DNA from: a virus
IMG/VR virus record: IMGVR_UViG_3300004097_003605
Coordinates: 610 to 64,609 of that record
Length of the DNA: 64,000 nt
Direction: 5' to 3' (one strand)
In this document: positions 28,409 to 36,067 of the stretch, piece after piece
How the letters are laid out: each line of letters opens with the position of its first letter
Numbering within the stretch: the first letter of the stretch is position 1
Position numbers and translations under genes: made by a program
The notes under the pieces: model-generated
What the model saw: the letters and a program-made list of their open reading frames with translations, nothing else
What the model was told of the DNA's origin: nothing
Database searches by the model: none

Positions 28409-28840
28409 ATGCTCGGTGTGCAGATTGGACCAGCGAAAGGACTGTTCTTTGACCGGCCGGCGGTGATGAAGGCCGTGGATCGGGCTCAGCGGCGCGTGTT
28501 GTCCCGGTTCGGGGCGTATGTCCGACGCGGGGCGAGATCGAGTATCCGGCGACGGAAGCGTCCGGCTCCACCGGGCTCACCACCATCCGATCACACGGGG
28601 CGACTGAAGCGGAATATCTTCTTTGTTTACGAGCCGGTGAAGTCGAGCGTCCTGATTGGCCCGGTTCGGCTGAGTGGCAGCACGAACGCTCCGGAAACTC
28701 TGGAACACGGCGGACCAGTCGTCCTGAAACGTCGTGGCCGTCGCATTCGGAAGACTTATCAGCCGCGTCCTTTTATGGGGCCGGCCTTTGATCGAGAGCA
28801 GCCAAAGCTGCCAGCGATGTGGCGGGATTCAGTGAGGTAA
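28409..28840 (+). CDS. Neck/tail completion protein (HK97 gp10-like)
   Basis: Basic 143-aa protein ending in PRPFMGPAF. Confidence 0.65.
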   Translation: MLGVQIGPAKGLFFDRPAVMKAVDRAQRRVLSRFGAYVRRGARSSIRRRKRPAPPGSPPSDHTGRLKRNIFFVYEPVKSSVLIGPVRLSGSTNAPETLEHGGPVVLKRRGRRIRKTYQPRPFMGPAFDREQPKLPAMWRDSVR

Positions 28841-28843
28841 CGC

Positions 28844-29116
28844 ATGGCCTGCAGCAATGGACAGACAACGCATCCGCACGGCAACGGCTTCATCGTCGTG
28901 CCGAAGTGGTTCGTGTCGTTCATCAGTTTCATGACGTCGGTCGTGTTCGTAGGAGCCGTCTTGTGGGCGTGGTCCATCTCGAACGACGTGAGCGCGATCA
29001 AGGCGGAACTCAAGATGACCAATGACATCCGGACGGCGGAACTTGATGCCGTGCGGAGACGGCTCGACCGGCACGATGTGCTGCTCGATCGACTGACGGA
29101 GCGACTCAAGCCATGA
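28844..29116 (+). CDS. Single-TM + coiled-coil membrane protein (holin-like candidate)
   Basis: Hydrophobic FVSFISFMTSVVFVGAVLWAWSI followed by a coiled coil. Confidence 0.6.
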   Translation: MACSNGQTTHPHGNGFIVVPKWFVSFISFMTSVVFVGAVLWAWSISNDVSAIKAELKMTNDIRTAELDAVRRRLDRHDVLLDRLTERLKP

Positions 29117-29754
29117 CGGCACCACTGATCAACATCGATGACTTTCAGCCGCTAGACCTGCTGGCGTGCTACGGCACGGACGCAGCGTCGAAGGCAATCT
29201 CGTGGGGCACGGCCTCGGTGCTGGCTCCGTCGCGATTGCGGCTGGGGCCATCGCACGTCGCGGTGATCTGCGAATACCACGACTCACCATTGTGGGTGGA
29301 GTCGACCACTCTGTGCCGCCATGCGTGTACTGTGCTGGGGTATCCGGTCTCGGGTTGTCAGTCGCATCAGCCGGAAGAACGGCTCAGTGATTACGTTGAG
29401 GCTGGCGGGCACGTGGATGTTTATCGGCTCACGGCGGTCGACCAGTTGTCGCAGAGTGAGTCGGAACTGCTGACGCGGATTCTCGTGAGGCATTTCATCG
29501 GAAAGCAGGTCACGTACGACTTCGGCGGAGCCCTGCTGTCGGGGACGCGGCTGTTTCGACACACGCGGCTGCTGCCCGGAGCGGATCTCAACGAACTGTT
29601 CTGCTCGGAACTGGCAGCCAAGGTGCTGATGCGGCTGGGCCGGCTGAATCGGGACAACCCGACGAAGTACAGCCCGGCCACGCTGTTTCGGAAGCTCGTC
29701 CGTCAGGGCACGGTGCAGTTCCAGACGCGGTACGAACAGGAGGCTGCGAAGTGA
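29113..29754 (+). CDS. Permuted papain-like amidase (YaeF/YiiX-type NlpC/P60)
   Basis: His motif GPSHVAVI precedes Cys motif LFCSEL; YDFGG. Confidence 0.75.
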   Translation: MTAPLINIDDFQPLDLLACYGTDAASKAISWGTASVLAPSRLRLGPSHVAVICEYHDSPLWVESTTLCRHACTVLGYPVSGCQSHQPEERLSDYVEAGGHVDVYRLTAVDQLSQSESELLTRILVRHFIGKQVTYDFGGALLSGTRLFRHTRLLPGADLNELFCSELAAKVLMRLGRLNRDNPTKYSPATLFRKLVRQGTVQFQTRYEQEAAK

Positions 29755-31034
29755 CACACCGATTTCTTTTCACGGCAGTGCTCCTGATGACCGCATCGGT
29801 CGCCCATGCGGACGAACGCGATGCCGTCGTCCGTGTGGACGGCTGCACGGGATTCATCGTCGCCGACAATCTGCTCGTGACCGCGAAGCACTGCCGCCAT
29901 CCCGCCCGTCTGAAAGTCAAAGTGCAGGGGAAGGACGTTTCCGCAAGTCGCGTCTACGTGTACCGCGGTGAAGACGGTCCGGCGGTGTTTCAACTCGACG
30001 GTGGGCCGTTTGCAAGTCTGCCGGTCGCGAGCCGTAAGCCGGAGATTGGTGAGCGTGTCTATTCGCTGGGTTATCCCGGCGGGAACTGGGCACGGATTGA
30101 AGGCGAAGTCAGCGGCGGCAACGGCGTTGATATCAACTACACCAACCATCGCATCGACAGTGGTAACAGTGGTGGCCCGCTGCTCAACGCAAGAGGTGAG
30201 GTCGTTGGAGTCGCTCTGCACGTTGCCGCCAATCCAGGAGTACACAGCTCCGGGTTCTCTGGCTGGCGAGTGACGACGGAGGCGATTCGCGCGGCACAGG
30301 GCGAAACGATCGAATTGCCGCAGCGCTACAGCCGACAACCGGTCGTCGTCGTGTTTTCCTCGACCAGTTGTTCGAGTTGCCGACAACTTGAGACCGACGT
30401 CGCGTCAGGCCAGTTCCGCGACTACCAGTTCCGATTCGTGAAGTGGGATCCGCAGATGCGGCAGTGGAGTGATCCGGAATTGTTCCGGGAATTCTCGAAC
30501 ACGTGCCGTCCGACAGAACAACTCGGCTTTCCCACGATCTGGGTAAAAAACACAAGTCAATACCGGGTCGGCTATTCGGCTGCCCGACGAGGCGGTCTGC
30601 TCGGCTGGCTTTCAAACGCCGTACGGTCACTGGTGGAAGCAATCATCGGGCACGAAGAACCACCGCCTTTTCCGACACCGAATGAGGTTCCGATTCCACC
30701 GGTCACTGATCCGGCACCGGTCCCCGGACCACCATCCGAAGAAGCGGCACCCGACACTGCACTCCTGCGGCTGGCACGTGACCTTGCTGCTCTGCGTGAC
30801 GAGGCGAGGGAGACACGCAGCGACTTCAACGAATTCCGCGAGTCCGGGGTCATCGGAAAGATTCGGGCCATCGCCAGGTTGCGCGAAGATAAGGACGACG
30901 CACTGGAAGCGGTCAACGCCGTTCGGGCTGATGTGGATGCAGTCCGCGACGACTTTCGGGAACGACCACTGCAGTTTCTGTGGGGGCTGTTTGGAACCAT
31001 CACCGGGCTGCTTCATCGGAGGTTTGCTCACTGA
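29751..31034 (+). CDS. Secreted trypsin-like serine protease + thioredoxin-like domain + C-terminal amphipathic tail
   Basis: Signal peptide (..ASVAHA); VTAKHC; DSGNSGGP; CSSC with FPTIW; Pro-rich linker. Confidence 0.85.
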   Translation: MTHRFLFTAVLLMTASVAHADERDAVVRVDGCTGFIVADNLLVTAKHCRHPARLKVKVQGKDVSASRVYVYRGEDGPAVFQLDGGPFASLPVASRKPEIGERVYSLGYPGGNWARIEGEVSGGNGVDINYTNHRIDSGNSGGPLLNARGEVVGVALHVAANPGVHSSGFSGWRVTTEAIRAAQGETIELPQRYSRQPVVVVFSSTSCSSCRQLETDVASGQFRDYQFRFVKWDPQMRQWSDPELFREFSNTCRPTEQLGFPTIWVKNTSQYRVGYSAARRGGLLGWLSNAVRSLVEAIIGHEEPPPFPTPNEVPIPPVTDPAPVPGPPSEEAAPDTALLRLARDLAALRDEARETRSDFNEFRESGVIGKIRAIARLREDKDDALEAVNAVRADVDAVRDDFRERPLQFLWGLFGTITGLLHRRFAH

Positions 31035-31294
31035 TGGGAACGATTGCAGGCATCATCGCGACAGCAGCCCTGTCGCATCTGGGCGGAGCGACGCTGGGTG
31101 GCGTGCTCGCGAAGTTCGGCGTGCTGGGCTTCGGGAAGAAGCTGACGGTCGCACGGCACATCCTCAAAGTTGGAAAAGCACTCAGGCAACGGCTGGACCG
31201 CGACCGCAATGAAGAGGCTCGCAAGGACCTCAAAGCCTGGCTGAAGAATCACGATCCGGACAACGAGTCCGGCCTCGGTAACGGCATCACCTGA
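31034..31294 (+). CDS. Small hydrophobic protein (membrane/holin-like candidate)
   Basis: Gly/Ala/Leu-rich hydrophobic N-half, basic C-half. Confidence 0.6.
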   Translation: MGTIAGIIATAALSHLGGATLGGVLAKFGVLGFGKKLTVARHILKVGKALRQRLDRDRNEEARKDLKAWLKNHDPDNESGLGNGIT

Positions 31295-31311
31295 TTGGAC
31301 TGGAGTCCCTC

Positions 31312-31746
31312 ATGAAACTCGGCATGGAAGCAAAGCTGTACCGCAACACGGGCTCGTTCGGAGCACCGACGTGGGTCGAGATGACCAACGTCAAAGACCT
31401 GACGCTGAATCTCGAAGCCTCCGAAGCGGACGTCACTACGCGTGGCAACGCCGGCTGGCGAGCGACGATTGCGGCGTTGAAGGATGGTTCGATCGAGTTC
31501 GAGATGGTGTGGGATCCGGCGGACGCCGGTTTCACCGCCATTCAGGATGCGTACTTCAACAACACGACGCTGGAGTTCGGTGTGATGGATGGCGACATCA
31601 CGTCCAGCGGCACGCAGGGACTGCGAGCCACGATGTCGATCACCAAGCTCACTCGCAGCGAACCACTCGAACAGGCCATCACGGTCAGTGTCACCGCGAA
31701 GCCAACGTACTCGGCGAACGCGCCCGACTGGATGACGGTGCCGTAA
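31312..31746 (+). CDS. Tail tube protein
   Basis: NVKDLTLNLEASEADVTTRGNAGWR...GSIEFEM motif; located before chaperones and tape measure. Confidence 0.85.
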   Translation: MKLGMEAKLYRNTGSFGAPTWVEMTNVKDLTLNLEASEADVTTRGNAGWRATIAALKDGSIEFEMVWDPADAGFTAIQDAYFNNTTLEFGVMDGDITSSGTQGLRATMSITKLTRSEPLEQAITVSVTAKPTYSANAPDWMTVP

Positions 31747-31798
31747 TGAGGCGGAGACGTGAGGGCTGAGAGGCAAGTGTTCTTCGGGGAATTCAGGG

Positions 31799-32278
31799 AT
31801 GAAGACGTTTCAGGACAATGCAGGTCGCCAGTGGACGGTGACGATCAATGTAGACGCCATCCGGCGTGTCCGGTCATTGGTCGAGGTCAATCTGCTGGAC
31901 GTGCTCGACGACGGCTGCCGGTTGCTCGCGCAACTGCACGATGACCCGGTGCTGCTGGTCGATGTCATCTACTGCGTGTGCAAACTGGAAGCGGATGCAA
32001 AGGACGTCAGCGACGAGGACTTCGGTCGGGCAATGGCCGGTGACGCCATCGGAAATGCGACAGCCGCGCTGCTGGCGGAACTGTCGGATTTTTTCCCGAA
32101 TGCCCGGCAACGGGCGGCGATGCAGGAACTGCTCCGCAAGACGAACACAGTCGCGGACCGTCTGCTGGAGAAGGCGGTGTCCGCGATCCAGCAACTCGAT
32201 CCCGCGTGTGTGGTCGAGACGCTGACCGCTTCATCAGCGAACTCGCCGGCATCGTCGGCCTCGATCCCGGACGGCTGA
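31799..32278 (+). CDS. Tail assembly chaperone (G)
   Basis: Located between tail tube and tape measure; contains DFFP. Confidence 0.75.
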   Translation: MKTFQDNAGRQWTVTINVDAIRRVRSLVEVNLLDVLDDGCRLLAQLHDDPVLLVDVIYCVCKLEADAKDVSDEDFGRAMAGDAIGNATAALLAELSDFFPNARQRAAMQELLRKTNTVADRLLEKAVSAIQQLDPACVVETLTASSANSPASSASIPDG

Positions 32279-32529
32279 CGCTGCGTGAACTGATTCGCAT
32301 GGCCGAGTCCCGCATCCGGCAGGAGTGGAATCACACGTCCGCCGTGCTGGCGATGCTGGCCAACTGCCATCGTGACCCGAAGAAGGCCCGGACGTTCCGG
32401 CCTGGGGATTTTCATCCGTTGACTCGTGAATCCGCCCGTCGCGGCGAACTGCCGAAAGCCAGCATTATGCTGCTGAAGACCATCTTCGTGGACCAGCACC
32501 GCCGCGCCGACGCGGCTCCGGAGGCCTGA
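32206..32529 (+). CDS. Tail assembly chaperone T segment (probably expressed by -1 frameshift)
   Basis: -1 frame relative to G, open from 32044, only a weak GTG start; ELAGIVGLDPGRLTLREL. Confidence 0.65.
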   Translation: MCGRDADRFISELAGIVGLDPGRLTLRELIRMAESRIRQEWNHTSAVLAMLANCHRDPKKARTFRPGDFHPLTRESARRGELPKASIMLLKTIFVDQHRRADAAPEA

Positions 32530-32530
32530 C

Positions 32531-34570
32531 ATGGCCAGTGCATCCGGAATCCGCGCTGGACGGGCTTTTGTCGAGTTGTTCGCGGATGACTCAAAGCTCG
32601 TTCGCGGTCTGAACGCTGCCCGCAAACGATTACAGGCGTTCGGTTCGTCGGCGCGGGCCATCGGCACGCGATTATTGACTGCCGGGTCTCTTGTGGCCGC
32701 TCCGCTGTCGTTCGCGGTGAAGGCCGGCAGCGACATGGAAGAGACGATGAACAAGTTCAATGTCGTCTTTGGTCAGAACGCACCGGCGGTGAAAGATTGG
32801 AGCGATCAGTTTGCCGGACAGATGGGACGCTCGAAAAAGCAGGTGGCCGACTTTCTTGCCGGGACTCAGGACCTGCTGGTTCCGATCGGTTTTGACGATG
32901 ACAGTGCGACCACGATGAGCCAGCAGCTGACCGGCCTGGCGATCGACCTGGCGTCTTTCAACAACATGTCGGATTCGGATGTGCTGCGCGACCTGCACGC
33001 GGCACTGACAGGATCGAGCGAGGTCATGAAAAAGTATGGCGTGATCGTCAACGAGACCGCCGTCAAACAGGAGATGCTCAATCAGGGTGTCGACCCCAGT
33101 CACGCCACCGAGCAGCAGAAGGTGATGTCGCGGCTGGCGATCATCATGCGCGGGACGACTGCGGCGCAGGGCGATGCCGAACGCTCGGCCGGTTCGTTCG
33201 CGAATCAGATGAAAGCGCTGCAGGCGAAGGTCGAGGACGCGGCGGTTGAGATCGGGTCGGCTTTGCTGCCGGTCGTCACGCCGCTGGTCACTGCGCTGGC
33301 CGACGCCGTGAAGATGGTCAGCGCGTGGATCAAAGAGAATCGCGGGCTGGTCATTGTGCTGGCGAAGATCGCTGCTGCTGCGGTCGCTGCCGGACTGGCG
33401 TTCATCCTGATCGGCACTGTGGTCTCGGGATTCGGGGCGACGCTGGGAGCACTCGCGTCCGTGCTCACCGGCATCGGAAGTGCGTTCAGCCTCGTGGGGT
33501 CAGCGATTGCCGCACTGATGTCGCCGATCGGACTGGTGATCGCCGGCGTCGGAGTACTCGCGGCTTACCTCATCACCTCGACGGATGCCGGCGGGCAGGC
33601 TCTGGCATGGCTGGGCGACAAGTTCGCAGTCCTCAAAGACGAGGCGCTCGCCGCGTGGAGCGGTATCAGTGACGCACTTGCGGCGGGAGATATCGGGCTG
33701 GCCGCACGCATTTTGTGGTTGACGCTCAAGTTACAGTGGCAGAAGGGCGTCGCCGCTCTTAACCGCATCTGGGCCAGCGTGAAGAACACGTTTCTCACGA
33801 CTTGGACGGAAGCGGTCTTCAGTACAGCTGCGATCGCCACGGAAGGCTGGGCCGGGCTGCAGTCCGCGTGGACGGAGACGATCGACTTCCTCGCCGATGC
33901 GTGGTCGATCTTCACGACCGGCCTGACGAAGACGTGGAACACGGCCGTCGGGTTCATTCGTACGGCGTGGATCAAACTGAAGTCGCTGTTCGACGACGAG
34001 GTAGATGTCGACGCCGAAGTCGTCCGCATCACGGAAGAAACAACTTCGGCGAATGCCTCGGAAGACCGGTCGCGCGACGAACGTATCTTCCAGCGTGAGC
34101 GGCAGCGTCGAGAGCGACTGAGTGAGATCGAACAGCAGAGCTCCGGCACGCTGGAAGAACTCGAACGCGAACGGGTCAGTGAACAGGACCGCCACTCGGA
34201 GCAGTTCCGTTCCGACGTTCGGCAGTCGGAAGACTCGCTTTCTCAGGCGCGTCGAGAGTGGCAGCAGGCGACCGAACAGGCGGCCGAGGCTCGTCGCCAG
34301 TCGGAGTCCGAAGCTGACGACGGTCCCGCGAAGGCAAAGTCGCCAGGCGATCTGATTCAGCAGTTGCAGCAGCAACTCAACGGAGCGGGCGAGCAACTGC
34401 AGGAGACGCAGGATCGCATCAGCGTTACGGGAACTTTCAACGCCGCCGCTGTGCGTGGTCTGGGCGGTGGAGCCCCCGAGGAACGAACGGCCAAAGCCAC
34501 GGAAGAAACCGCGAAGAACACCCGCCGCATTCTGGATGAGGCCCGTCAGAACGGGCTTGTTTTTGGTTGA
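32531..34570 (+). CDS. Tape measure protein
   Basis: 679 aa, Ala-rich helical protein with hydrophobic middle; follows the chaperones. Confidence 0.9.
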   Translation: MASASGIRAGRAFVELFADDSKLVRGLNAARKRLQAFGSSARAIGTRLLTAGSLVAAPLSFAVKAGSDMEETMNKFNVVFGQNAPAVKDWSDQFAGQMGRSKKQVADFLAGTQDLLVPIGFDDDSATTMSQQLTGLAIDLASFNNMSDSDVLRDLHAALTGSSEVMKKYGVIVNETAVKQEMLNQGVDPSHATEQQKVMSRLAIIMRGTTAAQGDAERSAGSFANQMKALQAKVEDAAVEIGSALLPVVTPLVTALADAVKMVSAWIKENRGLVIVLAKIAAAAVAAGLAFILIGTVVSGFGATLGALASVLTGIGSAFSLVGSAIAALMSPIGLVIAGVGVLAAYLITSTDAGGQALAWLGDKFAVLKDEALAAWSGISDALAAGDIGLAARILWLTLKLQWQKGVAALNRIWASVKNTFLTTWTEAVFSTAAIATEGWAGLQSAWTETIDFLADAWSIFTTGLTKTWNTAVGFIRTAWIKLKSLFDDEVDVDAEVVRITEETTSANASEDRSRDERIFQRERQRRERLSEIEQQSSGTLEELERERVSEQDRHSEQFRSDVRQSEDSLSQARREWQQATEQAAEARRQSESEADDGPAKAKSPGDLIQQLQQQLNGAGEQLQETQDRISVTGTFNAAAVRGLGGGAPEERTAKATEETAKNTRRILDEARQNGLVFG

Positions 34571-34598
34571 GGAATCATGAGGACACCGGTCACACGAA

Positions 34599-35393
34599 AT
34601 GCCTGTCACGGTTCACGAGAAATGGGACAGCCGCGAAACGACGATCAGCGAAGACTCGACCGTCGATCTGCGGTTCGTGATTCGCGGCACGAACGACGAC
34701 GCGGCGGCCAACTCGGCGCTGCTGTCGGCGTCGCCCGTGCTGTATGGCGGGCTTGTGCGCCAGAGTCTTCATACCGAGCGGATCGCCGAGTACGAGTGGG
34801 AAGGCTCGGTCCGTTACGGCCGGTTCGAACCGCCTCAGACCGGCGACAGTTCCTTCTCGTTCGACACGGGTGGCGGCTCACAACACATCACACAGTCGCT
34901 GGCCACGGTTGGAGCGTGGTCAGTCGATGGGCCGCCTCCCGACTTTCGCGGCGCGATCGGAGTCACACGCGACAGTGTCGACGGCGTGGACATCACGGTC
35001 CCGGTCTACAACTTCAGCGAGACGCACTACATCAGTGTGGGCTTCGTGACCGCTGCCTACAAGGCGGCTCTCTTCTACCTCACCGGTCAGGTCAACAACG
35101 CGCCGTTCCGCGGGTTCGCTTCCGGCGAAGTGCTCTTCCTCGGCGCGTCCGGTTCGAGGCGAGGCCCCGACGACTGGGAGATCACGTACCGCTTCGCCGC
35201 CAGTCCCAACGTCGCCGGACTGGCCGTTGGCGACATGACAGGCATCGGCAAACGCGGCTGGGAGTATCTCTGGGTGCGGTATGAGGATGTCGAAGACACG
35301 GCGGCGATGGCACTCGTCAAGCGGCCGGTCGCGTCTTACGTCGAACAGGTTTATCCGTATGGCAACTTCGCGGGACTTGGCATTGGAGCGTGA
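34599..35393 (+). CDS. Tail tip/distal tail protein
   Basis: Directly after the tape measure; beta-rich, 264 aa. Confidence 0.65.
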   Translation: MPVTVHEKWDSRETTISEDSTVDLRFVIRGTNDDAAANSALLSASPVLYGGLVRQSLHTERIAEYEWEGSVRYGRFEPPQTGDSSFSFDTGGGSQHITQSLATVGAWSVDGPPPDFRGAIGVTRDSVDGVDITVPVYNFSETHYISVGFVTAAYKAALFYLTGQVNNAPFRGFASGEVLFLGASGSRRGPDDWEITYRFAASPNVAGLAVGDMTGIGKRGWEYLWVRYEDVEDTAAMALVKRPVASYVEQVYPYGNFAGLGIGA

Positions 35394-35396
35394 CGT

Positions 35397-36032
35397 GTGG
35401 GAGATGCCTTCCGAAAAGTCCGGACCGGCGACGCCCTGCGAATTCCGGCTGAGACGTTCAACACGTTCATTGATGCCGCGCGCGATTTCAAAACGCGGCA
35501 ACGTTCACTGGCCCGGCAGGTTGAATCCGAATTCTCGCAGGCAGGCATCATCCCGGTCCGTAATGACTCGGGCGAGGACCGCAGTCGGTTCGACGTGCTG
35601 GGCATCTGCGGTCCGGTGTTTCCGCCAGCGGTCAGCCTCACGTCGTTCCAGAACCGCGTCGCGCTCGCCGGAACGACGCCGTGTGAGGTCGCCCACCTCG
35701 GACGGTTCGTCGTGCTGCTCGAACCGGTCCGTGCCGGACGGATCGGCATGGCCTGTGTCAGTGGCGTCTGTGTGGCAAAGGTTACGGTTGAGGATCCCAC
35801 GCATGAATTTGCAGACGTTGAGGACGGCAACCCGGAGAACCTGAAGTCAGCCGAATCCGGTTCCGCGTTTCTGCTGTGGACCGACGACCCCGGCGGTGAT
35901 GGAGATGGCTACGACGGCGGATACGGCTACTGCGGTTACGGATACACGGGCGGCTATGGCTACGGCGGACCGGTGTGGGCGGTCATTCGGATTGGCAACA
36001 TTTGTCCGGGGCAGCAGTGGGGTGCGGTGTAA
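35397..36032 (+). CDS. Tail tip protein with Gly/Tyr-rich loop
   Basis: 211 aa; GGDGDGYDGGYGYCGYGYTGGYGYGG near the C-terminus. Confidence 0.65.
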   Translation: MGDAFRKVRTGDALRIPAETFNTFIDAARDFKTRQRSLARQVESEFSQAGIIPVRNDSGEDRSRFDVLGICGPVFPPAVSLTSFQNRVALAGTTPCEVAHLGRFVVLLEPVRAGRIGMACVSGVCVAKVTVEDPTHEFADVEDGNPENLKSAESGSAFLLWTDDPGGDGDGYDGGYGYCGYGYTGGYGYGGPVWAVIRIGNICPGQQWGAV

Positions 36033-36067
36033 CGGGGATGGACGAACGAAGTCAGGCAGGAGGGACA

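Noticed and set aside
34990-35002. CCGGTCTACA, a partial match to the phage promoter motif
   Set aside because: Inside a CDS, and lacks GGGTAG and the TCGTCA block.
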